This document shows, in pieces, positions 10,759 to 20,506 of a stretch of DNA of 64,000 nucleotides; the first letter of the stretch is position 1; every line of letters starts with the position of its first letter. The notes beneath the pieces are model-generated. The model did no database searches and was not told where the DNA came from. It worked only from the letters and a program-made list of their open reading frames with translations. Made by a program: the position numbers and the translations under genes. The stretch comes from Promethearchaeota archaeon (GTDB taxonomy: Archaea; Asgardarchaeota; Heimdallarchaeia; Hodarchaeales; Hodarchaeaceae), in contig JBHLMN010000009.1 of the NCBI GenBank assembly GCA_048938105.1, forward strand, positions 1-64,000. The letters are read 5' to 3'.

Positions 10759-11148
10759 TTGTTAGTATTGGAGATTCAACAGGAAATGGTGCAAGGATGT
10801 CTACCAATTGGAGTTAATGGTATTTGTCTGAAACCAGTTACAGATTACTTGAAATTGATAAGTAGCAAGTGGATGATATTTATTATTATGATTTTCCCTC
10901 CTGATTCAACGCCATTGAGATATTCTGAGGTGAGAAAAAGAATTAAGGATAATAGTAAGGAAAAAATTAGTGATACTACCCTAGCCTTACGATTAAATAA
11001 GCTTGTTGATAAAAAAATCCTTTTCAGAAAGCAATATAATGAAATTCCTCCTCGTGTTGAATATCGTTTAACATTAAAGGGACGCGAGTTGCAAAACAGT
11101 CTTCGACCTTTGATAGAATGGGCTATCAAAGATTGCCATAAAAATTAG
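10759..11148 (+). CDS. HxlR-family winged-helix transcriptional regulator (start possibly ATG 10786)
   Basis: SKW...LRYSE...L..RL..L....RKQYNEIPPRVEYRLTLKG signature; divergent from the ABC operon. Confidence 0.9.
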   Translation: MLVLEIQQEMVQGCLPIGVNGICLKPVTDYLKLISSKWMIFIIMIFPPDSTPLRYSEVRKRIKDNSKEKISDTTLALRLNKLVDKKILFRKQYNEIPPRVEYRLTLKGRELQNSLRPLIEWAIKDCHKN

Positions 11149-11160
11149 CTTCATAGGCTT

Positions 11161-12702
11161 TTAGATCGATAATCGTTCGTAGATCTTACTCAGATTAGCA
11201 ATTTCTTCGCTTCTTTCTTTCGACAGCTGCTCCCACACAAAGCGCCATTCCCAGTTACCACTTTCAGTTCCAGGGTAATTCATTCGTCCCTCACTCCCTA
11301 ATCGAAGTAGATCTTGTAACGGAATTACACTAATTTTTGCTACTGAACTCCAGGCAAGTCGAATTAAGTCTCCAACTATATCCTCACCACTTGAGTTTAT
11401 GTAGTTTAAAACTTCATTTTGAACATCTTTAGGGGCTTTCTTAATCCATCCTAGAGTTGTGTCATTATCATGAGTTCCAGTGTAAACAACAGTATTGGGA
11501 ATATAATTATGAGGAAGATAATCATTTTCTATAAGTTCCTCATCCTCATTTTCTACCCCAAAAGCGAATTGTAACACTCTCATACCAGGGAATCCAGTTT
11601 GCTGTAATAACTCTTCTACTGCAGGGGTTATTACTCCAAGATTTTCAGCAATAATTGGTAATGATCTACATGCTTTTTTTAGTGCAATGAATAAATCAAT
11701 TCCTGGACCTGGTACCCACTTTCCGTTTATAGCGGTTGGTTCATTGGCAGGGATCTGCCAGTAAGCCTCAAATCCTCGAAAATGATCTATTCTAAGAATA
11801 TCAACTTGAGAAAGGTTATGTTTAATCCGCTGAATCCACCATTTGTAACCATTTTGCTTCATACGATTCCATCGATATATAGGGTTCCCCCAACGTTGGC
11901 CTGTCTCGGAGAAATAATCTGGTGGAACTCCCGCGACATACTCTAGATCACCATATTCATCTAAGTAATAAAGATGGGAATTTGCCCAAACATCTGCAGA
12001 ATCATATGCTACAAATATTGGTATGTCACCAATAATACTTATTTTCTTATTTTGTGCATACTTTTTTACCTCATTCCATTGATGAAAGAAGAGATATTGC
12101 GTAAACTTATGAAATTCGATGTTTTCCTTATAGTTTCTCTTCCAAGATGATATTGCAGATGTTTTCCGCGTTTTAAGCGGTTCCTCCCACGTATCCCAAG
12201 CTTCTAAATCATTGGTTTCCTTAATAGACATAAATAAAGCAAAATCCTCCAACCAATAATGATTTTCTTTTGAAAATGATTTAAATTGTACCTGTAACGC
12301 CGAATTTTCTTTTTTGGAGTAATTTGTGAAAGCCAGAAGTAATAATTCCCATTTATAAGATATTACATGCTCATAATCAACTTTTGATGATGGAAACTTG
12401 GGGGGATTAATTTCATCTGAAGTTAAAATTCCCATATCCAGAAGCTTTTCAGGGTTAATCAAAATTGGATTCCCTGCAAAGGCCGAAAAGGATTGATATG
12501 GAGAGTTTCCATAACCTGTTGGACCTAGTGGGAGGATTTGTAACAATTGCTGCTGGCTTGAATGCAAAAAATCGATGAAATGGTAAAATTCTGATCCAAG
12601 ATCACCAATTCCATGAATATTTGGCAAGCAGGTTGGATGAAGTAAAATCCCACCTTGACGATTTTTCATGAATGGAGGATCAACAGATTGGAGTAGATTC
12701 AA
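11161..12702 (-). CDS. malQ: 4-alpha-glucanotransferase (amylomaltase, GH77)
   Basis: GILLHPT, SPYQSFSAFAGNP, GVPPDYFSETGQRWGNP, RIDHFRGF, YTGTHDNDT, MNYPGT..GNW. Confidence 0.97.
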   Translation of the reverse strand: MNLLQSVDPPFMKNRQGGILLHPTCLPNIHGIGDLGSEFYHFIDFLHSSQQQLLQILPLGPTGYGNSPYQSFSAFAGNPILINPEKLLDMGILTSDEINPPKFPSSKVDYEHVISYKWELLLLAFTNYSKKENSALQVQFKSFSKENHYWLEDFALFMSIKETNDLEAWDTWEEPLKTRKTSAISSWKRNYKENIEFHKFTQYLFFHQWNEVKKYAQNKKISIIGDIPIFVAYDSADVWANSHLYYLDEYGDLEYVAGVPPDYFSETGQRWGNPIYRWNRMKQNGYKWWIQRIKHNLSQVDILRIDHFRGFEAYWQIPANEPTAINGKWVPGPGIDLFIALKKACRSLPIIAENLGVITPAVEELLQQTGFPGMRVLQFAFGVENEDEELIENDYLPHNYIPNTVVYTGTHDNDTTLGWIKKAPKDVQNEVLNYINSSGEDIVGDLIRLAWSSVAKISVIPLQDLLRLGSEGRMNYPGTESGNWEWRFVWEQLSKERSEEIANLSKIYERLSI

Positions 12703-12750
12703 TCAATGTACTCTCCAAATAGAATAAATTTCTAGAAGTAGATGATACAG

Positions 12751-13356
12751 TTAACTTCGCTTTTTGAAATAAATGACCATTAAACTAATCACCTGTATTG
12801 CTAAACATATTCCAAATGCTGGTGATATAAGTGAAGATGTTGAGGATTTGGTTTTAGTATTATATTCTGTACTTGTTGAAGTATCGGATGAATAAGACGA
12901 AGTAGAAGTTGATGATAAATGGGTTGAAGGAACAGAAGACGTGTATTTTTGCCACTCCGAGAACCCACCTAACAAATTATAAACACGAGTATAATTCAAT
13001 GAAATTAAAGTAGTTGCCGCAATCACTGAACGGCCCCCCGATTGACAGTAAACGAGAATGGGGTGAGATTTATTGACAGGTAATTCATTTTTGTTTTTTG
13101 TAATGTTATTATAGGGGATATTTACTGCTCCTTCAATGTGCCCCGCTTGATATTCATTATCCCATCTAACATCAAGAATAAATAAATCTGGTTCATTATC
13201 AATTAGTTCTTTCGCTTTTGAGACTGTAAGACTAATATAACTCTCGTTGGAGATTGTTGCTTCTGATTGAAGAAAGCTGGAAGATGATAAAAGGACAAAG
13301 ACAAACCAAAGAGATAAAAGAGGAGTATTCCTCTTACTAATGATCAGCGAACTCAT
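12751..13356 (-). CDS. Rhodanese-domain protein with signal peptide, Ser/Thr linker and C-terminal anchor
   Basis: LDVR..EYQAGHIEGA, active loop CQSGGRS, LLGGFSEW; TM plus KKRS tail. Confidence 0.9.
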   Translation of the reverse strand: MSSLIISKRNTPLLSLWFVFVLLSSSSFLQSEATISNESYISLTVSKAKELIDNEPDLFILDVRWDNEYQAGHIEGAVNIPYNNITKNKNELPVNKSHPILVYCQSGGRSVIAATTLISLNYTRVYNLLGGFSEWQKYTSSVPSTHLSSTSTSSYSSDTSTSTEYNTKTKSSTSSLISPAFGICLAIQVISLMVIYFKKRS

Positions 13357-13414
13357 TTGTATTACCAGATATCATTGGGTGTCAAGAATATCCTTAAGAA
13401 ATTTTGCTAATACT

Positions 13415-13963
13415 TTAATATGATTTATATCGTTTCTTGAAGAAAATCATTATTATTATTATCATTATATTTATTACTAAGAGAAATTGGATCCCAGTTG
13501 TGGCACTATTAACATAGGGATAACCTGCATTTTTCCAAGCACTAAACCCACCATCCATATTATATATTTTAGTATAATTCAGTGAGTCAAGTGTATCACT
13601 GGCAATAGCTGAACGCCTACCTGACCTGCAATAAACAAGAATGGATTGTGATTTATTTGTTGGAAGCTCGTCTTGATGATCAATGATATCAGGATGTGGA
13701 ATTAAATATGCTCCTTGGATATGACCATCCTTAAATTCAGATTCTGTTCGTACATCAAGAATAAACAAATCTGTAGAATTATCAATAAGTGCTTTTGCTT
13801 CAGAAACAGGAATTGTGCTATAACTCTCTTTCGAAATCACTCCCACAGATAAATGAGAGCTTTCGGATGATAAAAATAAGACGAGGAGAACAAAACCCCA
13901 AAAAAGAAAATTTTTAGTTCTCAATATCCTTGATTTCATAACGATTAAAGACAAACTTATCAA
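13415..13963 (-). CDS. Rhodanese-domain protein with signal peptide and C-terminal anchor
   Basis: LDVRTESEFKDGHIQGA, CRSGRRS, MDGGFSAWKNAGYP; TM plus basic tail. Confidence 0.9.
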   Translation of the reverse strand: MISLSLIVMKSRILRTKNFLFWGFVLLVLFLSSESSHLSVGVISKESYSTIPVSEAKALIDNSTDLFILDVRTESEFKDGHIQGAYLIPHPDIIDHQDELPTNKSQSILVYCRSGRRSAIASDTLDSLNYTKIYNMDGGFSAWKNAGYPYVNSATTGIQFLLVINIMIIIIMIFFKKRYKSY

Positions 13964-14170
13964 ATTCCTTAAAAATTATTTTCTTTGAAATATACTATTT
14001 CATTTTCTATTTAGCCTGTATGAACCCACTTGACTTTTAAGGGAGGATTATAAGTATTAAATCTGAACATTATATGAATACAGTTATTACATTTCAAGAA
14101 TGGGTACACTAAAGTAACTATTTTATAAATAGTATCTTTTTCCAAAATTAGAAAAATTATGGTGATTTAA

Positions 14171-14680
14171 ATGAGTGAAATAGGTTCAGGATTAGTAAAA
14201 CTCGCTTACCGAGGTATAGCTGGCTTTTTTATTGTCCTAATTATGTTTGTTTTAGGGGTAACAGGATTTGCGCTTTCGTTGGCAGGAGGTCTCATTACAG
14301 CTTTGTGCTGGGTTCCAATAGCGTTTCCTGAGCTTTTAGAAAATGAAATCATTATGGCAGGTTCTGTACAGATTACAGATCCTGCTTTTGCGAGCTTGAT
14401 CTTACTTGTCGTAGGATTGATTTTACTTGCAGTTGGTTTTCTCCTCTTTGCAATAACTTATCTCATAGGAAAAACAGCCATAGTTGTTGATAAAGAGCTT
14501 TCTCGTTCGATTGATCGAGCATTCGCTTCCTCTGGAAGTGACCGTATTTCTCGCTTAGAAAGATTGGCAGCATTACGTGATAGAGGCGTAATTACTCCTG
14601 AGGAATTCGAACGAGAAAAAGTACTTATTATTGGCCAGTCTGATCCTTATGAAAAAGGAGAACTTGCTAAAGAAATTTGA
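14171..14680 (+). CDS. Membrane protein with C-terminal SHOCT domain
   Basis: Three hydrophobic segments; RLERLAALRDRGVITPEEFEREK matches the SHOCT consensus. Confidence 0.8.
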   Translation: MSEIGSGLVKLAYRGIAGFFIVLIMFVLGVTGFALSLAGGLITALCWVPIAFPELLENEIIMAGSVQITDPAFASLILLVVGLILLAVGFLLFAITYLIGKTAIVVDKELSRSIDRAFASSGSDRISRLERLAALRDRGVITPEEFEREKVLIIGQSDPYEKGELAKEI

Positions 14681-14798
14681 GTTCAAACTCAGCTTAGAGT
14701 TCATCATTCCTTTTTTCTTTTTCTTGCTCATTAATGAAATTAAACCAATATTAAGAATTATAGATTAAATCATTAGCTTCTGAATGATATGGAAGAAC

Positions 14799-15821
14799 CT
14801 AATGAAAGAATTTCAAATGAGCTCGCAAACGGATCTCACTATCAAACTTTTTAGGGCAGAAATTACATCGAAACTTGCCACAGGCATTTTTTCTTTCATG
14901 TAATCTTAGATCAACAAGGCGATCAAATTTAATTCCGCATTTCAAGCATTTTAAATCCCGCTTGTGTGTTATTTTCTTTTCTAATGGAGGAGGCCCAGAA
15001 TCTAATTTCTTTTGATAAATTCTATGTCTTAACGAATAGATTTCAAAACTTTCGCGAAAGGATGGAGTAAGAATTTCTGTTCTTCCAAGGATTAAATACC
15101 CTTCAGGATGTAAAAGGTCGTAAAATTTGCGGAAAATGTTTTTCTGAATGTTTTTTGAGAAATAAATTAGCACATTCCTACAAAAAATGACATCAAATTT
15201 AGGAAAATGGAATTTGTCCTTAATTAAGTCTAGATAGGAGAAATCAATCATCTTTCTTATGTTATATTTTACTCGTTGTCCTTGACCAAACGACTCAAAA
15301 TATTTCACTAGAAATTCCTTAGGAATGTTCTCTAAAATTTCTCCTTCATAAATACCTCTTCTAGCGATTTGGAGGAGCTCCTCATTAAAATCGGAGGCAC
15401 GAATCCTAACATTGTACTTTAATAATTGATTTCCTAAAGTGTGATGTACAATACAAGCTATACTGTAAGGTTCAGGCCCAACAGCACAGCCAGCACTCCA
15501 GATGCGGAGTGAGGGAGGAACAGCCTTTTCATTTATATTCTTAATATATAGGGTTAACAAATGTTGAAATTCATCCCATGTATCAGGATCTCGAAAAAAT
15601 TTGGTTACATTAATTGAAAGACACTTCTTGAGTAATTTAATTTCAGCCTTATTTTGGGTAATAGTATTATAGTAGTCTTCAAAATTGTTACAGTTTCTTT
15701 GCCTCATTCTAATTGCTAAACGTCGAATAAGATATTTCTCTTTATACGAACTTATATCAGAAAAGCCTTGTTTATATAAGAATTGTTTAATCAGATCGAA
15801 ATTTCGTTGATCAGGATACAT
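14799..15821 (-). CDS. cheR: CheR-type protein-glutamate O-methyltransferase with two C-terminal zinc fingers
   Basis: SINVTKFFRDP, RIWSAGCAVGPEPYSIA, FDVIFCRNVLIYF, GYLILG; C-terminal C2HC and C2H2 fingers. Confidence 0.9.
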   Translation of the reverse strand: MYPDQRNFDLIKQFLYKQGFSDISSYKEKYLIRRLAIRMRQRNCNNFEDYYNTITQNKAEIKLLKKCLSINVTKFFRDPDTWDEFQHLLTLYIKNINEKAVPPSLRIWSAGCAVGPEPYSIACIVHHTLGNQLLKYNVRIRASDFNEELLQIARRGIYEGEILENIPKEFLVKYFESFGQGQRVKYNIRKMIDFSYLDLIKDKFHFPKFDVIFCRNVLIYFSKNIQKNIFRKFYDLLHPEGYLILGRTEILTPSFRESFEIYSLRHRIYQKKLDSGPPPLEKKITHKRDLKCLKCGIKFDRLVDLRLHERKNACGKFRCNFCPKKFDSEIRLRAHLKFFH

Positions 15822-15987
15822 TTATATCTTCTCAACAATGAGTAAGGATTTCCAATTAAGAATAGGTAAATTATCTACCACTAGGCTCTTATGAAATATG
15901 ACACTCATCTATCACATTAAAACATCAGCATTTAAACACAATTGAGAAAAATAATAATTATCGGATTTATGATGAAAAGGTAACTAT

Positions 15988-16341
15988 ATGGTGAGTTCTA
16001 TGTCTAAAATTGAAAATTTCAACTCTTATAGAGAAAAGATGAACAAAATTATTCTGGAAAAGGCAAATTTAGGGATTAAACGGTTTTTTGCCTTAGATTC
16101 ACGAACCTATAATAAGGGAGTTTTGTCTTCCAAGGTAAAAGAAATGCTAGGATTGGTCGCTAGTCTTGTACTAAGGTGCAATGACTGTATTACCTACCAC
16201 ATTCTCCAGTGCCAAGAATTGGGTGTTTCTGAAGAGGAATTTTACGAAGTATTTAATGTTGCACTTATCGTTGGCGGGTCGATCGTTATTCCTCATGTAA
16301 GAAGAGCAGTAGAAATCTTAGAAGAATGTATTAACAGTTAG
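15988..16341 (+). CDS. Carboxymuconolactone decarboxylase/AhpD-like protein
   Basis: KVKEMLGLVASLVLRCNDCITYH (CxxC..H), GGSIVIPH. Confidence 0.88.
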   Translation: MVSSMSKIENFNSYREKMNKIILEKANLGIKRFFALDSRTYNKGVLSSKVKEMLGLVASLVLRCNDCITYHILQCQELGVSEEEFYEVFNVALIVGGSIVIPHVRRAVEILEECINS

Positions 16342-16429
16342 AATGTATAATTTTAAAAAATTCAATATTTAATCAACTTTTATACATTAATTACTGAGTA
16401 AATCATCTCAATATCTTTGAATGAATAGA

Positions 16430-17206
16430 TTAAAAACTCACTCTAAAGTAATAACGTAATCTGGTACCAATGGTTCTACTCTCCTTAATGAAAGAATAAT
16501 TATTATTTTGAAGATAAGAACTAATTATTTTTTGTAAATTAGGTACGGTTAATTGAAAATAGAGACTTGGAGGATTAGTAAATGTTGCAACTTCCTCTAT
16601 TAACGTTATAATAAACTCATGGCCACTCTCACCTCCAATTAATTCAGATTTCTGTCCTGAAAAACCTTTTTCCAATGATTGATGCTGAAAGTAATAATCC
16701 TTATCATACTGTGGGGGATTACAAGCTATCATATCAAATTTAATTAAAGAAGTGTAAAGACTTCTAAGAATATGATCAGTATCATGGACTTTTCTTAACC
16801 GTATCCTTGAATCTAAATTATTTAGGTTGATGTTATTTTGAGCACTTTGATATGCAATATCATTAATTTCTGTTGCCTCTACAAAACAACCAATTTTTGC
16901 AAACATTAAAGCAAGAATAGCAGAAGAACCTGTACCTATTTCCAATACTTTGGATGGAGAATCACGAATAATCCATCGAATAAAAGCCCAGCGACTACAT
17001 ATAGTTGGAATTAAAAATCCTGGAGGAACCATGAAATCTAAAGACATGAAATCTTGTAGTACTAACCGATTATACAGAAGTAAAGCTTGTCTATCCCCTA
17101 AATCAATTCGATTATTAGTTGCATACTTTCTTAAGGAGGGATAACGCTGAATAGCTTCTTTGAAAGGAAGGCCACATGGCTTTTGAGGGAAGAGATATGA
17201 ATACAT
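16430..17206 (-). CDS. RlmF/METTL16-family RNA adenine-N6 methyltransferase
   Basis: LIPT..R, LEIGTGSSAI, ATEI, catalytic CNPPQY, GGE. Confidence 0.78.
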   Translation of the reverse strand: MYSYLFPQKPCGLPFKEAIQRYPSLRKYATNNRIDLGDRQALLLYNRLVLQDFMSLDFMVPPGFLIPTICSRWAFIRWIIRDSPSKVLEIGTGSSAILALMFAKIGCFVEATEINDIAYQSAQNNINLNNLDSRIRLRKVHDTDHILRSLYTSLIKFDMIACNPPQYDKDYYFQHQSLEKGFSGQKSELIGGESGHEFIITLIEEVATFTNPPSLYFQLTVPNLQKIISSYLQNNNYSFIKESRTIGTRLRYYFRVSF

Positions 17207-17296
17207 GTCAATAAAACTAAACTCTACAAAAGACTAAAAACTTAAGGTATAATTTCTAAAGCATTCATTCTTGATTATCACTGAATATAATGGATT

Positions 17297-18535
17297 ATGA
17301 TGAATATGAAGTATAAAATAGATCCTAATTGGCAGATGGCGACACTGGCGCTCCATGCGGAAGATGAGGAAAAGTATGCTGATTCTCTTGTGACACCTAT
17401 TTTCGCTACTTCTACATTCAGATTTCCTGATGTTACGATTGGTCGTAAACGATTTGAAGGTGACGAACCAGGATATATTTACACACGACTTGGTAATCCA
17501 ACAGTATTTGCCTCTGAAAAAAAGTTATCCATTTTGGAAGGCGTTAATCTAATCAGAGATGGCATTCATGTTGAAGGACATGCCTTTTCAACTGGCATGT
17601 CTGCCATAGCATCAGTTTTGATGGCGTTAACGAAAAGTGAGGACACAATTTTAGCCACGAATCCAGTTTATGGTGGGACTAGTTATTTACTTAATGGAAT
17701 TCTGCAATCTTATCGTATAAAAACAAAATATGTTGATACATCTGGGAGTGATGGGGTGGAACAAGTAAAGAAAGCTATGAATTCAAAAATCAATCTTTTC
17801 TACATTGAAACTCCAACAAATCCAAATTTAGCAATTACCGACATCTTTGAAATTAGTAAAATTGGAAAAGAACAAGAAATCCCAGTGATTGTTGATAATA
17901 CTTTCGCTACTCCTATATTACAAAGACCTCTAGAATTAGGAGCAGATGTATCATTACATTCAACTACAAAATATTTAAACGGTCATGGGACAACCTGTTC
18001 TGGGATTTTAGCTTCAAGATTAACAGGGGAAGAAAGAGAACGTTTACAGTTTGTGAAGAAAAATCTTGGTGCAACACAGTCACCGTTTGATGCTTTTTTA
18101 GTTCTTAATGGAATGAAAACCCTTCCTCTGCGAATGGAAAAACATTGTTCTAATGCAATGATTTTAGCAGAATATCTTGTTGACCATCCTAAAATTAAAG
18201 AGGTTTTTTATCCAGGATTAGTATCCCATCCTCAACATAAGCTGGCCGAAAAACAGATGAATGGGCAATATGGGGGAATGATAGCTTTTGAACTAAAAAC
18301 AGGCTTACTAGGAGGAGAGAGTTTAATGAATAATTTGAAGGTTATAACATTAGCGCCTTCTTTAGGATGTTTAACTAGTCTTATTCAGCACCCTGCGAGT
18401 ATGAGTCACGCCAAAGTCCCTAGAACTAATCGTATTGAAAGTGGAATCACAGATGGGTTGGTAAGATTGTCTGTGGGGCTTGAGGATATTGATGATCTTA
18501 TTGAGGACTTATCACAAGCACTTTCTCACGTTTAA
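17297..18535 (+). CDS. Methionine gamma-lyase / cystathionine gamma-synthase family PLP enzyme
   Basis: PIFATSTF, YTRLGNPT, ETPTNP, VDNTFATP, HSTTKYLNGHG (PLP Lys), SLG, RLSVGLED. Confidence 0.92.
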   Translation: MMNMKYKIDPNWQMATLALHAEDEEKYADSLVTPIFATSTFRFPDVTIGRKRFEGDEPGYIYTRLGNPTVFASEKKLSILEGVNLIRDGIHVEGHAFSTGMSAIASVLMALTKSEDTILATNPVYGGTSYLLNGILQSYRIKTKYVDTSGSDGVEQVKKAMNSKINLFYIETPTNPNLAITDIFEISKIGKEQEIPVIVDNTFATPILQRPLELGADVSLHSTTKYLNGHGTTCSGILASRLTGEERERLQFVKKNLGATQSPFDAFLVLNGMKTLPLRMEKHCSNAMILAEYLVDHPKIKEVFYPGLVSHPQHKLAEKQMNGQYGGMIAFELKTGLLGGESLMNNLKVITLAPSLGCLTSLIQHPASMSHAKVPRTNRIESGITDGLVRLSVGLEDIDDLIEDLSQALSHV

Positions 18536-18729
18536 CGTTTAGTAAATAAGAATTAAAGTGAATGGAGGTTTATTGTTCATTATTCGTTTAAAATTAAATA
18601 GAACAATATTAATTCTTGATATATCAACTTTATAAGTATTAATTAAATTTAATGTGAAATCAAATAGTTTTTATACATATATTAAATTTATATATATAAA
18701 AAATTTCAGGAACTTATTTTGAGGTTAAA

Positions 18730-18861
18730 ATGATGGCGCAAGATCAAAACCGATTACAAGCTGAAGAAATTGTTACCACTCTACCTTTAATTCCTTTTGT
18801 CCTTAGTTTATTCATGGCTAAAGGAAAATTTCGAAGAAAGGGAGCGAGGAGGAGACATTAA
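18730..18861 (+). CDS. Putative 43-aa single-pass membrane peptide with basic tail, not in ORF track
   Basis: MMAQDQNRLQAEEIVTTLPLIPFVLSLFMAKGKFRRKGARRRH*; GAGGT just upstream and TTTATATATA box at about 18687-18696. Confidence 0.45.
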   Translation: MMAQDQNRLQAEEIVTTLPLIPFVLSLFMAKGKFRRKGARRRH

Positions 18862-18977
18862 TATGTTTTAAACCCCTATCATTGTATTATGATATTTACA
18901 CCTGAATATTCAACCTTTTTTCTTTAAGCAGCCTTATAAAAAAAGATTAATAGTAAACCTCTGTAAGAGGTGCTTTT

Positions 18978-19376
18978 TTGTCAGGCATATCAAACTTGAA
19001 GACTTTATTAAAACAAATAAAACCAAAGATAGTGAATGAGGAATTTGTTTTTTGTACCATTTCTAAAGATCTTCTTTCTGAATTGAAAATTGAACCTCTC
19101 ATGATGTTTAAAGAGGAAGAAGGGATCACTCTAATTGTCAAAAAGAAAATTGCAGATGATTTTACACTTCATTATACAGGAGTATGGGCCTGGATTATAC
19201 TCACAGTTCATTCCAACCTCTCTGCAGTTGGGTTTCTATCTACAATAACTGAGACACTTGCTAAATCAGGAATAAGTGTAAATATTGTTTCTGCTTATTA
19301 TCATGATCATCTCTTTGTCCCAATTGAAATATCAGATCAAGTAATGGTACTTTTGGAGGAATTGACATCATTATAA
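18978..19376 (+). CDS. Tandem ACT-domain protein (DUF2241/ACT_7, CASTOR-type)
   Basis: FVFCT, F.EEEGITLI, LTVHSNLSAVGF, ISVNIVSAYYHDHLFVP. Confidence 0.85.
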   Translation: MSGISNLKTLLKQIKPKIVNEEFVFCTISKDLLSELKIEPLMMFKEEEGITLIVKKKIADDFTLHYTGVWAWIILTVHSNLSAVGFLSTITETLAKSGISVNIVSAYYHDHLFVPIEISDQVMVLLEELTSL

Positions 19377-19570
19377 TAAATAGAAGTTGAGGAAAAATTT
19401 TAATTCTAGTTATCGAATTTTACTTCTGTGCTTGCTTTTATAGTGGAGTCTGAAACTTTTCTAAGTTCATGATGGCCTCTTTCCAAGCAAGCATACACTT
19501 TTCATTCTTTTTAGTTTTCACAGGAATCCGAAACAATTCTCTTTGAGTTTAGTAAAATAATAGTTTAAGA

Positions 19571-20341
19571 CTACTTGATGATGGATTCACCTCTAAGCAG
19601 TTCATTCACTTCAGCTGAGTGACTCTTAAAGACACGACGGCACGCTTTTCGGGCAATGAACAAAGTCCATTTGTTATAGTTATTTTCATCCAACCATTCA
19701 CGAAGAATCGCCAAAACTAATTCTGGATGCCTTTTAGAAATGTCAGCCAGGTTATTTCCGACACTTTTACGGACATATAAGCTTGGATCACGATTTAGTC
19801 GCTTTAATCTCTTAATACTCTCCTCTGGTTCATCACGAATCCAGTTTTTACCTCCAACTAATACTGGTCTTAGTGACTCTGATACACAACGTCTTACATT
19901 CTCATTAGGGCTAACTATCCAATCCTTGTCATAGAGCTGTAGAATTTCGCTGGGAAAAACCTGCAGTAATTCTCTCATTGTCATTTGCGCTGCTTCTCTC
20001 ACGGCAAAATGCAAATCAGTTGCAGCAGATTTTATTACTGACAAATAAGGAATGGGGTTTCTCTCCTCAATACTACAATTAGTGGCTACTAAAGGAGCGA
20101 AGTGTCTGATTTGCCAATGTTCATTGACGATTAAAATATCTAAAGATTGCTTTTTCACATTTAAAGGGACTTTTGCTTGTATAACTAGCTGCCTTATATT
20201 ACGTAATGTCCAAACTATGCCTTTTCCTGTCCTTTGGGATTGAGGAATACTTTCCTTAGTGTTTTGGATCAACTCAAAGAGTTGGTCAGTATTGTTATTA
20301 GTTACAAGATCATTGAAAATTTCTTTAATGGGCATCTTCAT
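19571..20341 (-). CDS. HEAT-repeat DNA alkylation repair protein (AlkD-like)
   Basis: VREAA, ENVRRCVSE..RP, DPSLYVRKSVGNNLADISKRHP. Confidence 0.8.
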   Translation of the reverse strand: MKMPIKEIFNDLVTNNNTDQLFELIQNTKESIPQSQRTGKGIVWTLRNIRQLVIQAKVPLNVKKQSLDILIVNEHWQIRHFAPLVATNCSIEERNPIPYLSVIKSAATDLHFAVREAAQMTMRELLQVFPSEILQLYDKDWIVSPNENVRRCVSESLRPVLVGGKNWIRDEPEESIKRLKRLNRDPSLYVRKSVGNNLADISKRHPELVLAILREWLDENNYNKWTLFIARKACRRVFKSHSAEVNELLRGESIIK

Positions 20342-20506
20342 TTATCCCATTTTTATTCGATTATTATTGTTCTTCGGTGTTAGATAAGTTAAGTACTGGA
20401 TTCTCTGTAAGCCATATTTTATAAAGTATCTTCTTAATAAAGATCAAAAAAGCTGCATTTCATCAATAACATGATGTTAATCAGAACATAGCCTAGGAGC
20501 TAGTTT

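Noticed and set aside
14799-15821. Chemotaxis operon
   Set aside because: Only cheR is present; the neighbours are unrelated
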